Shown: one piece after another, positions 30,312 through 42,215 of the stretch
Position numbering within the stretch: position 1 is the stretch's first letter
How the letters are laid out: every line of letters begins with the position of its first letter
Assembly (NCBI GenBank): GCA_026417875.1
Contig: JAOACK010000007.1
Span: forward strand, 1-57,078
Origin: Thermodesulfovibrionales bacterium
Lineage (GTDB): Bacteria > Nitrospirota > Thermodesulfovibrionia > Thermodesulfovibrionales > CALJEL01
Length of the DNA: 57,078 nt
Direction: 5' to 3'
Notes under the pieces: generated by a model
Database searches by the model: none
What the model was told of the DNA's origin: nothing
The model's input: only the letters and a program-made list of their open reading frames with translations
Translations under genes and position numbers: made by a program

Positions 30312-31277
30312 ATGGGAGAAGAAGTGAAAACCACTCCTCTAAAGGCAAAGATACTTCTTGTAGAGGATGACAAAGTTCAGGCTCAGTTTGTACGAGAATT
30401 CCTTGAAAAAAAGGGGTATGAGGTTTTATGGGCAGAAAATGGTGCTTCTGCGATCAAGATGGCTAAGACTGTGCCCATTGACCTCATACTCCTTGACCTC
30501 ATACTTCCTGATATAAGCGGTTACGAGGTCTGCAGATGGTTAAGATTAAATCAGGACACGAGGGGGATTCCAATAATCATGCTCACTGTAAAGACAGGCA
30601 TCACTGATAAAGTTGCGGGTCTCGAGGCTGGAGCTGACGATTATCTTCCCAAGCCCTTTGATGAGGCAGAACTCAATGCCAGGATATATGCTTCATTGAG
30701 AACAAAGGCACTTCAGGATGAACTTAAAGAAAGAAACAGACAGCTTGAGGATCTTCTGCACAGACTTGATATAATGGCCAAAACAGATTATCTTACAGAG
30801 ATATATAACAGAAGACATTTTGAAAAGATACTAAAAAGAGAATTTGCAAGGGCATCAAGGTATAATCATTACCTTTCCTGTCTAATGTGTGATATTGACA
30901 ATTTCAAGAGGATAAATGATACCTATGGACATGCGGCGGGTGATGCTGTTTTAAAAGAGGTTGCAAGACTTATCCATTCGTCCCTGAGAGAGAATGATGA
31001 AGTTGGCAGGTGGGGTGGAGAGGAATTTGTAATAATCCTGCCTGAGACTAAGAAGTCTGATGCAAAAAAAGTTGCTGAGCGGATTCTTAGGAATATAGCA
31101 GCCCGCAGGTTTCCGGGTCTTCCTGAAAACGAAAAGATAACTCTCAGTATAGGAATCGCCACAGCTTTTGAAGATACAAATATTGATAACTGGGAAAAAC
31201 TGACAAAGGCCGCTGATGAGGCCCTCTATATGGCAAAAAGGAATGGCAGAAACAGAGTTGAATTATTCGGACCTTAA
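30312..31277 (+). CDS. response regulator-diguanylate cyclase (REC-GGDEF, PleD/WspR-like)
   Basis: REC domain (ILLVEDD, LILLDLILPDISG, KPF). GGDEF domain with an RWGGEEF active site and an upstream RxxD-like region. Confidence 0.92.
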   Translation: MGEEVKTTPLKAKILLVEDDKVQAQFVREFLEKKGYEVLWAENGASAIKMAKTVPIDLILLDLILPDISGYEVCRWLRLNQDTRGIPIIMLTVKTGITDKVAGLEAGADDYLPKPFDEAELNARIYASLRTKALQDELKERNRQLEDLLHRLDIMAKTDYLTEIYNRRHFEKILKREFARASRYNHYLSCLMCDIDNFKRINDTYGHAAGDAVLKEVARLIHSSLRENDEVGRWGGEEFVIILPETKKSDAKKVAERILRNIAARRFPGLPENEKITLSIGIATAFEDTNIDNWEKLTKAADEALYMAKRNGRNRVELFGP

Positions 31278-32299
31278 ACTCTCTGCCCGTACCTTGCCCT
31301 TAACTGGCCGCAGGCAGCAAGGATGTCCTGACCTTTGGATTTTCTTATAAGTGCAGTAAAATGATTTTCTTTAAGTATCTTCTGAAATCTCAGAATCCTT
31401 TCCTCAGAAGGTCTTTTAAATCCCAGACCTTTTACAGGATTAAAGGGTATAAGATTGATTTTTGAGGGGATGCCCTGGAGGAGTTTAACGAGTCTTTTTG
31501 CATCTTCATCCCTGTCATTTATATCCTCAAGCAAAACATATTCAAAGGTTATGCGTCTCCTCGGTGGAAGCGGGACTTTCTTCAGGGTATCAAGAAGGGT
31601 TTTCAGTGGATATGCCCTGTTTACAGGCATGAGTCTTGACCTTGTTTCATCTGTTGTTGCATTAAGGGATATGGCAATATTCGGAGGATTCTGGGGGAAT
31701 GCCTGATACAATTCCATTATCTTATGAGGGATCCCGCAGGTTGATACAGTTATCTTTCTTGGTGAAAAATGCATGAAGCTTGTTAATCTCCTTATCGACT
31801 CAACAGTATTCTCCAGGTTCAGAAGCGGTTCACCCATTCCCATAAATACTACATTTGTAATCTCAGGAAATTCTCTTTTCACGGTTATGACCTGATCAAC
31901 TATCTCGTGTGCATAAAGATTTCTTCTGAAACCTATCTTTCCTGTAAGACAGAATACGCAGCCCATGGGACAGCCTACCTGAGATGAAATGCATAGTGTA
32001 AGTCTCTTTTCATCCGGAATGAGCACACTCTCGATGCTTTCTTTATCCTCAAGTTCAAGGAGATACTTTATTGTTCCATCCCTTGACACCATTTTTTCAA
32101 TGATTGTGACATTACTGATAAAGGCTCTTTCTTTCAAAATCTTTCTCAATTCCTTTGAAAAGACTGTTATCTCATCTATATCTCTTGCAAGTTTTTCGTA
32201 TATCCACTGGACCAGTTGCAAGGTCCTGTATGAGGGAAGTCCGAGCGACCTGATAAAGGAGTCTAATTCCTGGATATTTAATGATTTTAGATTGATCAT
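31274..32299 (-). CDS. rlmN: 23S rRNA/tRNA adenine-C2 methyltransferase RlmN (radical SAM)
   Basis: RTLQLVQWIY N-terminus, the radical-SAM motif SSQVGCPMGCVFC, GMGEPLLN, and a C-terminal Cys (ILAACGQL). Confidence 0.9.
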   Translation of the reverse strand: MINLKSLNIQELDSFIRSLGLPSYRTLQLVQWIYEKLARDIDEITVFSKELRKILKERAFISNVTIIEKMVSRDGTIKYLLELEDKESIESVLIPDEKRLTLCISSQVGCPMGCVFCLTGKIGFRRNLYAHEIVDQVITVKREFPEITNVVFMGMGEPLLNLENTVESIRRLTSFMHFSPRKITVSTCGIPHKIMELYQAFPQNPPNIAISLNATTDETRSRLMPVNRAYPLKTLLDTLKKVPLPPRRRITFEYVLLEDINDRDEDAKRLVKLLQGIPSKINLIPFNPVKGLGFKRPSEERILRFQKILKENHFTALIRKSKGQDILAACGQLRARYGQRV

Positions 32300-32340
32300 T
32301 GCTGAAGTGTTTTTATTGTTATGAATGAGTGAAGGAGTTT

Positions 32341-34750
<2,410 letters not shown>

Positions 34751-34911
34751 CCAAACCTCCCTTCACCGGTTTTTTCAAAAATCTATTATACCTTAAAAAG
34801 CTTTAATATAAAAATAGATCAGAATTTTTCCGACATAAGTGGCAGTTGAGAGTTAATTCAAGAGTTATAATGGTTTTTGCTTAACTTACAGCGAAAAACA
34901 AAGATTCCGGT

Positions 34912-35823
34912 ATGTTAAAATTATTTATGCAATACATACAGCTCTTTCTAACCTTTCAGTGCAATCAGTCCTGTGATTTCTGTTTTAACAGGGGTATAGA
35001 TAGTGCTGACTCTATGACTTTAGAGGATTTCAGAAAAATCGTCTCTATACTGAAAATGAATGGAATAAGGGAGCTTGATATTCTCGGTGGTGAACCCCTG
35101 ATGCACAGAGATATAATTTCTGTTCTTGAGATTGCGTCGGATAATTTTGATTCTATTTTTATCAGTACAAATGGATCAGACATTGAATTTATTAAAAGGC
35201 TCAAGCAACTATTTCCAAGAATAAATATTGGAATCTCTTTAAATGCTGAGCCCGAAGCGGCACTGAAAGAATTCATCTTTGACAGCAGGCCCATTATAAA
35301 ATCCCTGGCCAAGAGGAACTATATCATACCGCCCTGGGCTAAGAATTTTATGAAAAATAGGATACCTTATTACATAATCTTCCGGGATGTTCTATACAGG
35401 AATGAGCTTTGCGAAAGTATGCCCTTTTATGACTTCCTCAATAAGGTTGAAAATCTGAGGCATATGTACCCAGAACTTAGACCTGTTTATTGCAGTGCTT
35501 TTATATCAGAAGATCATTCCGCCTGGCGATGTCCTGCCGGTTCAACAAAATTATCAATAATGCCAGATGGCTCTGTATTTCCCTGTTATCTTTTTTTCAG
35601 GTTTCCCGAATTCAGGCTCGGCAATATATTTGAGTCTGAATTAAATGTTATTATTCTTAAACCCCTTCTACACTTACTCAGACAGCGGGCAAATAATTGT
35701 AATATTCCAACCTGTGATATCAGAGGCAGGTGTAAAGGGGGCTGTCCTGCTGTTAGTTATGCTATATGCGGAGACCTGAATTCTCCTGATCCAAGATGCA
35801 TTCTCAATGTCAGAGATCATTGA
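34912..35823 (+). CDS. radical SAM/SPASM-domain protein (compact, 303 aa)
   Basis: The N-terminus has TFQCNQSCDFC (CX3CX2C) and LGGEPL. The C-terminal Cys-rich tail (CPAGSTKLSIMPDGSVFPC ... CDIRGRCKGGCPA) is SPASM-like. Confidence 0.75.
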   Translation: MLKLFMQYIQLFLTFQCNQSCDFCFNRGIDSADSMTLEDFRKIVSILKMNGIRELDILGGEPLMHRDIISVLEIASDNFDSIFISTNGSDIEFIKRLKQLFPRINIGISLNAEPEAALKEFIFDSRPIIKSLAKRNYIIPPWAKNFMKNRIPYYIIFRDVLYRNELCESMPFYDFLNKVENLRHMYPELRPVYCSAFISEDHSAWRCPAGSTKLSIMPDGSVFPCYLFFRFPEFRLGNIFESELNVIILKPLLHLLRQRANNCNIPTCDIRGRCKGGCPAVSYAICGDLNSPDPRCILNVRDH

Positions 35824-36862
35824 GATAGACGGTGCCTTTGGAGAGGGAGGTGGTCAGATATTAAGAACATCCTTGAGTCTTTCCTGCCTTCTTAAAAAAC
35901 CGCTTAGGATTTTCAATATAAGAAAAGGTAGAAAAAAGCCAGGGTTAATGCCCCAGCATCTTACTTCAGTAAGGATTATGCAATTAATATCAGCCGCAGT
36001 TGTCAGAGGTGATGAGATAGGCTCTACAGAACTTTATTTTGAACCCCGGGAAATTAAAACAGGAGAGTTTTTTTATGATATAGGAACAGCAGGGTCAACA
36101 ATGCTTGTACTGCAGACAGTTCTCCCACCTCTTATTTTTTCAGAAAAAAAGAGCCTTGTCGTACTCAGAGGCGGAACGCATGTTCCCATGAGTCCCTGTT
36201 ACGATTATATAAAGAGAATATTCTGTAAATTTCTTGAAAAGGTTGGAATAACCTTAAACCTATCGTTGGAGCAATATGGATTTTACCCGAGAGGTGGTGG
36301 ACTTATAAGGGCAGAGACAGAGCCAGCAAAAGAGATTAAACCGTTAAATATTCTTGAGCCAGGTCGTCTTCTGAAGATTGAAGGAATTTCTGGTGTAGCA
36401 AACCTTCCTTTATCGATAGCTGAAAGACAGAAAGATTCCTTACTGAAAAATGCTTCAAACCTTTCAATAAAGATGCAGATTAAAAGCCTTGCCGTTAGAT
36501 CACCTGGCCCAGGCACCTTTCTGTTTATAGAGGCTTTTTATGAAAATTCAGTTGCAGGTTTTTCAAGTCTCGGCGAAAAAGGTAAAAAGGCTGAATCTGT
36601 TGGTGAAGAGGCTTGGAAACAATTTTTAAGACACTTAAAAACAGGCTGCGCACTCGATCCTCATATAAGTGACCAGATAGTTCTTTACCTGAGCCTTATA
36701 GACAAGTTATCAGAATTTTCAACCTCTGAGATAACGAGTCATCTCCTTACAAATCTCTGGGTTTTAAAGCAATTTCTTCAAATTCATTATTCAGTTGAAG
36801 GTGCTGAAGGTCAACCTGGTATTGTTAGATTGAAAGGAGAGAAAGAATGGCGGAGCACTTAA
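35807..36862 (+). CDS. rtcA: RNA 3'-terminal phosphate cyclase
   Basis: IEIDGAFGEGGGQILRTSLSLS at the N-terminus, GGTHVPMSP, and HISDQIVLYL. There is a 17-nt overlap with the upstream radical SAM gene. Confidence 0.9.
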   Translation: MSEIIEIDGAFGEGGGQILRTSLSLSCLLKKPLRIFNIRKGRKKPGLMPQHLTSVRIMQLISAAVVRGDEIGSTELYFEPREIKTGEFFYDIGTAGSTMLVLQTVLPPLIFSEKKSLVVLRGGTHVPMSPCYDYIKRIFCKFLEKVGITLNLSLEQYGFYPRGGGLIRAETEPAKEIKPLNILEPGRLLKIEGISGVANLPLSIAERQKDSLLKNASNLSIKMQIKSLAVRSPGPGTFLFIEAFYENSVAGFSSLGEKGKKAESVGEEAWKQFLRHLKTGCALDPHISDQIVLYLSLIDKLSEFSTSEITSHLLTNLWVLKQFLQIHYSVEGAEGQPGIVRLKGEKEWRST

Positions 36863-36877
36863 GCTCCGCCATTCTGA

Positions 36878-37189
36878 TCAACCTCCGACATAGCCAGGTG
36901 AAAAATCTTCAGCTTTCTCTCTTAATGGAACTGATGCAGTGGTTTCAGCTTCCCTGTGGTATCCGCTAAAATCAAAGGGACAAACCTTTGTAAATATCTC
37001 CTTCTTCCATTCAATTGTGTTTATAATATCATCCAGATGCCTTATAACTGGCCTAAACCTTTCCTTTAACTCTGGACCGAGCCTTTCTACATGATCTATT
37101 ATCTCACTTAACTTTCCTTTCATGCCATCAAGTTCACCATAAAGTTCTTCACAGATACTTCTGTAATCTATGTTTCTTGCTTTTACCAT
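36878..37189 (-). CDS. hypothetical 103-aa protein (helical N-terminal part, C-terminus ...PGYVGG)
   Basis: An isolated ORF with an ATG start preceded by GGAGGCC. I recognise no family. Confidence 0.45.
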   Translation of the reverse strand: MVKARNIDYRSICEELYGELDGMKGKLSEIIDHVERLGPELKERFRPVIRHLDDIINTIEWKKEIFTKVCPFDFSGYHREAETTASVPLREKAEDFSPGYVGG

Positions 37190-37222
37190 TATGGCCTCCT
37201 TTCTGTTAAAGGGTTAATAATT

Positions 37223-37242
37223 TCAGTCCTAAATAGGACTGA
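37223..37242. promoter_or_regulatory. 8-bp-stem inverted repeat (TCAGTCCT-AAAT-AGGACTGA) just upstream of the 103-aa ORF
   Basis: A perfect hairpin/palindrome read directly, 34 nt upstream of the 37189 start on the minus strand. It could be an operator or a 5'-UTR hairpin. Confidence 0.25.
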
Positions 37243-37433
37243 TTTACTCCTCTTTATATTTTAAGAATAGCACTATTTTTAGTGTCTGTCAAATTGAAAG
37301 TTTTTATAAATCCTATCAACTGATTAAATGAATACCTTATCCCTTTCAATTTGAATTTACTGACTTTTGAGGTTTTTGTGCAAAATTATAAAAAGGTGTT
37401 TACTTTTTATGCCTTTCAGTTTTATCTTAAATT

Positions 37434-37889
37434 ATGAAAATAGTAGCTGAAAATAAAAAGGCTTATCATGATTATTATATTGAGGAGACCCTTGAGGCAG
37501 GTCTCGTGCTTCTTGGAACAGAGGTTAAGGCACTAAGAGAGGGAAGGGCAAATCTTAAAGATAGTTATGTTATAATAAAAAATAATGAGGCCTTTCTCCT
37601 TAACTGTCATATCGGGCCTTACAGTCATGGTAACATAACAAACCATGAGCCTTTAAGAACCAGAAAACTCCTTTTACACAGAAGGGAAATTGAAAGGCTG
37701 AGGGGAAAGAGCCAGCAGAGAGGTTATACAATAATACCTCTCAAAATTTATTTTAAGAATAACAGGGCTAAGGTCGAAATAGGTCTTGCCAGGGGTAAAA
37801 GGCTCTTTGAAAAACGTGAAGCAATTAAAGAAAGAGAGGCTAAACGAGAGATAGCGAGAGCTATGGCTACAGGAAAATCAAAAATTTGA
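37434..37889 (+). CDS. smpB: SsrA-binding protein SmpB
   Basis: [31 protein letters not shown] is the canonical SmpB N-terminus. The gene lies directly upstream of tmRNA. Confidence 0.95.
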   Translation: MKIVAENKKAYHDYYIEETLEAGLVLLGTEVKALREGRANLKDSYVIIKNNEAFLLNCHIGPYSHGNITNHEPLRTRKLLLHRREIERLRGKSQQRGYTIIPLKIYFKNNRAKVEIGLARGKRLFEKREAIKEREAKREIARAMATGKSKI

Positions 37890-37944
37890 ATGCAAAAGAT
37901 ATTATCTCCTTGATTCGAACTTTCTTGTATGTTCTTTATTAAAA

Positions 37945-38292
37945 GGGGGCGAATGGATTCGACAGGGGTTATCGAAGCTCAGAGCGCATGCCGTGGCCCC
38001 ATCACCACGTAAAAAGATGGGAAAAAAACAGACGCCAACAACGAACTGGCACTCGCTGCTTAATTAAAAGCAGCACATCACCCAGAGATTGCCTGTGTCT
38101 CTGGAGTGATGCCGGCGAGCAGGCTGGCCAGATCCGAGAATCCCGTGGGATCTGGTGAGATTTACGGGATGTAGGCCAGAGGTGCCTGCCTGCAGGCAAA
38201 CCCCTCAGCCGAAGTTTAATATGCAGGCTAAGCATGTAGATGCCTGAGTGTAGGACTTCTGGACGCGGGTTCGATTCCCGCCGCCTCCACCA
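37945..38292 (+). ncRNA. ssrA: tmRNA (SsrA), ~348 nt; tag reading frame GCC AAC AAC GAA CTG GCA CTC GCT GCT TAA encodes ANNELALAA
   Basis: The 5' end is GGGGGCGAATGGATTCGACAGGGG. The 3' end is a tRNA-like T-arm and acceptor, GGACGCGGGTTCGATTCCCGCCGCCTCCACCA. The tag ORF lies at 38034-38063 and ends in LAA. It is adjacent to smpB. Confidence 0.93.
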
Positions 38293-38835
38293 TCCGTAAA
38301 TCCACAGAAGTCCGTTATAGTACTCTTGTTTTATTTTTTAAGTGAGCTATATATAGATTGATCCACATCTGTACAAAAAAGTCACCCTTAATCCTCTATG
38401 AGATCCGGAGAGTTAAGGTTTGCCAGATGGAGTGAGTGGACATGCCCGCGTAACGCATGAAGGCAGGGGTATTACTCTTAAGACACACTCTTGAGATACC
38501 AATATTGCTCGACGAGCAGTTGTTATATGGCAAACAAGGTGTGTCCATCTTATAAGTCTTCCGTGGAGCTCTATGCTTATTATATTGAGGATATCATAGA
38601 AAAATTCAACCGGTTTTCTGAAGAGATTTATGGGATAATTTTTTTGCTAAAAGATTAGTTTTTAAAAGCCTTAAAGAAGTGTCCAGAAATCTCTATTTAT
38701 TGAGTTTCTGTATATTCTTATGGCATACTAAAATTTAAGGATTTTCAGATTTTCTTTGTTCTATAGCTTATAAGATTTTAAAAAGAGGTTTCTTTAAGCT
38801 TCCCTCCAACTCTTATTAAATTGGTTGAGAATATA

Positions 38836-39645
38836 ATGAGACAAAAGGCAATAGGAATATTTGATTCAGGCGTGGGAGGCCTTACGGTCTTTAAAGAGAT
38901 CAAAAGGCTGCTTCCGGAAGAAAATATTATTTACTTGGGAGATACCGCAAGGGTCCCATACGGCATAAGGTCAAAGGAGACAGTTACCAGATATTCTATT
39001 GAAAATACAGAATTTCTTCTATCAAAAGGAATAAAGCTGCTTGTAATAGCTTGCAATACTGCATCATCTCTTAGCCTTCAGGAAATTAAAAATATGACCG
39101 CTGTGCCGGTTGTGGGTGTCATAGAACCAGGTGCAAGGGCTGCTGTTAGTGTAACCAGAAACAAAAAGATTGGTATTATTGGTACAGAGGCAACAGTGAG
39201 GAGTATGGCCTATCCCGAAATAATTAAACATATAGATAGTACAGTTCAGGTCTTTTCAAAAGCCTGTCCGCTTTTTGTGCCTTTAGTAGAAGAGGGATGG
39301 TTTACGGGTGAGGTTACGAGGCTTGTGACAGAGACCTATCTTGGTGAATTGAAGGTTAAAGGGATTGATACCCTCATACTGGGTTGCACACATTATCCAT
39401 TATTAAAGGATATAATATCAGAAGTTATGGGAAGTGAAATAACCCTTATTGATTCTGCTCAGGAAACAGCAAAGGTTGTAAAAAAGATTCTTGAAATGTA
39501 CGACCTCCAGAATAACTCAGCACATGGCAATTATACTTTTTATGTAACAGATTCACCAGAAAGATTTGTTCATGTAGGAGAGAAATTTCTTGGCGAGAAG
39601 ATTGAAAATATAGAGAAAATTGTCCTTAAGGAGGTACTCAGTTGA
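38836..39645 (+). CDS. murI: glutamate racemase
   Basis: [20 protein letters not shown] and LGCTHYPLL. The ATG at 38836 is preferred over the TTG at 38821. Confidence 0.93.
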   Translation: MRQKAIGIFDSGVGGLTVFKEIKRLLPEENIIYLGDTARVPYGIRSKETVTRYSIENTEFLLSKGIKLLVIACNTASSLSLQEIKNMTAVPVVGVIEPGARAAVSVTRNKKIGIIGTEATVRSMAYPEIIKHIDSTVQVFSKACPLFVPLVEEGWFTGEVTRLVTETYLGELKVKGIDTLILGCTHYPLLKDIISEVMGSEITLIDSAQETAKVVKKILEMYDLQNNSAHGNYTFYVTDSPERFVHVGEKFLGEKIENIEKIVLKEVLS

Positions 39646-40373
39646 GACCTGATGGAAGAAAAAATGATGAACTGAGACCAGTGAAAATCACGAGGGGATT
39701 CATAAAAAATGCAGAAGGTTCTGTGTTAATAGAACTTGGAAATACAAAGGTTATATGCACAGCCTCTATTGAGGAGAAGGTGCCTCCTTTTTTAAAGGAC
39801 CAGAAAAAGGGCTGGCTTACTGCAGAATACTCCATGCTTCCGCGCTCCACTCCTACTCGAACAATAAGGGAATCAACTCAGGGAAGGATTGGAGGAAGAA
39901 CCCATGAGATCCAGAGGTTGATAGGAAGGGCACTCAGGGCTATACTTGACCTTGAAGCAATAGGTGAGAGAACTATATGGATTGATTGTGATGTGATTCA
40001 GGCTGATGGAGGTACCAGGACTGCCTCTATAACAGGTGCCTATATTGCTCTTGTTGATGGTGTAAGGCATCTTATAAAAAATGGCATCATTGATAAAAAT
40101 CCTGTAAAAGATTACCTTGCAGCAGTTAGTGTGGGTATAGTGAACGGCTCTCCGGTCCTTGACCTCTGCTATGAAGAAGATTCTATTGCTGAGGTTGATA
40201 TGAATGTGGTTATGACAGGAAGCGGAGAATATGTTGAGGTGCAGGGCACAGCAGAGGGAAAACCTTTTAAAAAGGAGGTTCTTGACAATCTTCTGAAACT
40301 TGCTCAGTCAGGCATTATAAAATTGATTAATCTGCAGAAAGAGCTCCTTGAAAAGGAGACCTATAGCTTTTAG
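39642..40373 (+). CDS. rph: ribonuclease PH
   Basis: (M)[38 protein letters not shown]. The TTG start overlaps the murI stop. Confidence 0.93.
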   Translation: MRPDGRKNDELRPVKITRGFIKNAEGSVLIELGNTKVICTASIEEKVPPFLKDQKKGWLTAEYSMLPRSTPTRTIRESTQGRIGGRTHEIQRLIGRALRAILDLEAIGERTIWIDCDVIQADGGTRTASITGAYIALVDGVRHLIKNGIIDKNPVKDYLAAVSVGIVNGSPVLDLCYEEDSIAEVDMNVVMTGSGEYVEVQGTAEGKPFKKEVLDNLLKLAQSGIIKLINLQKELLEKETYSF

Positions 40374-40402
40374 AGTTTTTAAATGTTAAAATAAAAAAGA
40401 AT

Positions 40403-42202
40403 ATGATGAAAAGTTTAACAGTTTGGCTACTTATAATCCTTACGATGCTGCTTCTCTTTAACATCGTGAGCACACCTGAAAGGCTTGAGTCAGAAATATC
40501 CTTCTCAGATTTTCTGGCGAGGGTTCAGGAGTCTCAGGTGGAAGAAGTGGTTATAAAGGGTAATAATATTTCAGGAAAACTGAAGGATGGTTCAAAATTC
40601 AAAACCTACAGCCCTGATTATCCTGATCTTGTGAAGGAGCTCCAGGCTCGTTCTGTTAAGATAATTGCGAAGCCACCAGAGCAGACCCCTTGGTATGTAA
40701 ATGCTTTTTATGCCTTTGGTCCGATACTCCTTTTAATAATGGTCTGGATATTCTTTATGAGACAGATGCAGGTCGGTGGTAACAGGGCTATGAGTTTTGG
40801 GAAGGCAAGGGTAAGGCTTATATCTGACAAATCAGTAAAGGTTACCTTTAATGATGTTGCGGGCATTGATGAGGCGAAGCATGAGGTACAGGAGATAATA
40901 GATTTTCTGAAGGATCCTCAAAAATTTTCCAAACTTGGTGGTAAGATTCCAAAGGGTGTTCTTCTTGTGGGACCGCCTGGAACAGGTAAGACCCTTCTTG
41001 CAAAAGCAATCGCGGGAGAGGCTGGCGTGCCTTTCTTTTCTATATCGGGATCTGATTTTGTAGAGATGTTTGTTGGAGTCGGAGCTTCTAGGGTAAGAGA
41101 TCTTTTTGACCAGGCAAAAAAGAATGCACCTTGCCTGGTATTCATAGACGAGATAGATGCAGTTGGAAGACACAGAGGTGCTGGTCTTGGCGGAGGACAT
41201 GATGAAAGGGAGCAGACACTGAATCAGCTACTTGTGGAAATGGATGGTTTTGAGCCAAATGAGGGTGTGATAATCATTGCAGCAACAAACAGGCCTGATG
41301 TCCTTGATCCTGCACTTTTAAGACCTGGGAGATTTGACCGCCAGATAGTTGTTCCGCAGCCTGATGTAAAAGGAAGACTGGAGATACTCAAGGTCCATAC
41401 AAGAAATATACCGCTTGCTCCTGATGTAAATCTCGAGATTATCGCAAGGGGTACACCAGGATTCTCAGGTGCTGATCTCGCTAATCTGGTTAATGAAGCT
41501 GCTCTCCTTGCAGCAAGAAAGTCAAAGGCAGCAGTTGACATGGAAGACTTTGAAGCGGCTAAAGATAAGGTCCTGATGGGTGTTGAAAGAAGGAGCATGA
41601 TTATAAGTGATGCTGAAAAAAGGAACACCGCCTATCATGAAGGAGGCCATGCCCTTGTGGCAAAGCTAACACCTGGCACAGACCCCATTCATAAGGTTAG
41701 CATAATTCCTCGTGGAAGGGCATTAGGTGTTACTCAGCAACTACCAATGGATGATAGATATACCTATTCAAAGGATTATCTCCTTAAGACCATAGCTGTA
41801 CTTCTAGGTGGAAGGGCTGTTGAGGAGATTGCATTAGGTCACATGACCACAGGTGCCGGTAATGACCTTGAGCGTGCTACAGAGCTTGCAAGAAAGATGG
41901 TTACCCAGTGGGGTATGTCAGAAAGACTTGGACCCCTGACCTTTGGAAAGAGGGAGGAGCAGATATTTCTTGGTAAGGAGCTTGCAAAGCACAAGGACTA
42001 TTCTGAAAAGACTGCTGAGGAGATAGATGAAGAGGTAAGGAGGATAGTTACGGAGCAGTACGAGTATGCAAAGGACCTTATAAGAAAGAATCGTGAATTG
42101 CTTGATGCCCTCGTGAATCTACTCCTTGAAAAAGAGACAGTTGATGGAGCAGAGATAGACAGACTTATAGAATCCCATCAGAAGGAACTCCAGCCTGCCT
42201 GA
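40403..42202 (+). CDS. ftsH: ATP-dependent zinc metalloprotease FtsH
   Basis: 2 TM helices, the Walker [22 protein letters not shown]-type Walker B, the SRH, and the HEGGHAL zinc site. Confidence 0.97.
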   Translation: MMKSLTVWLLIILTMLLLFNIVSTPERLESEISFSDFLARVQESQVEEVVIKGNNISGKLKDGSKFKTYSPDYPDLVKELQARSVKIIAKPPEQTPWYVNAFYAFGPILLLIMVWIFFMRQMQVGGNRAMSFGKARVRLISDKSVKVTFNDVAGIDEAKHEVQEIIDFLKDPQKFSKLGGKIPKGVLLVGPPGTGKTLLAKAIAGEAGVPFFSISGSDFVEMFVGVGASRVRDLFDQAKKNAPCLVFIDEIDAVGRHRGAGLGGGHDEREQTLNQLLVEMDGFEPNEGVIIIAATNRPDVLDPALLRPGRFDRQIVVPQPDVKGRLEILKVHTRNIPLAPDVNLEIIARGTPGFSGADLANLVNEAALLAARKSKAAVDMEDFEAAKDKVLMGVERRSMIISDAEKRNTAYHEGGHALVAKLTPGTDPIHKVSIIPRGRALGVTQQLPMDDRYTYSKDYLLKTIAVLLGGRAVEEIALGHMTTGAGNDLERATELARKMVTQWGMSERLGPLTFGKREEQIFLGKELAKHKDYSEKTAEEIDEEVRRIVTEQYEYAKDLIRKNRELLDALVNLLLEKETVDGAEIDRLIESHQKELQPA

Positions 42203-42215
42203 TAGAGGTCAAAAG

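Noticed and set aside
34751-34911. A possible SAM riboswitch upstream of metK, in the divergent region shared with the radical SAM gene.
   Set aside because: I read the reverse complement and found none of the SAM-I core elements and no convincing multi-helix pairing. The region is short and AT-rich, so it is more likely just divergent promoters. An Infernal scan would settle it.
37890-37944. A sigma70 promoter for ssrA (TTGATT ... TATTAA).
   Set aside because: The spacing between the best -35 and -10 candidates is about 21 nt. No combination gave a convincing 16-18 nt spacer, so I have not called it as a feature.
38002-38235. A 77-aa minus-strand ORF.
   Set aside because: It lies wholly inside the tmRNA gene, on the opposite strand, and its sequence is R/P/L-rich and nonsensical. 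It is a shadow ORF.
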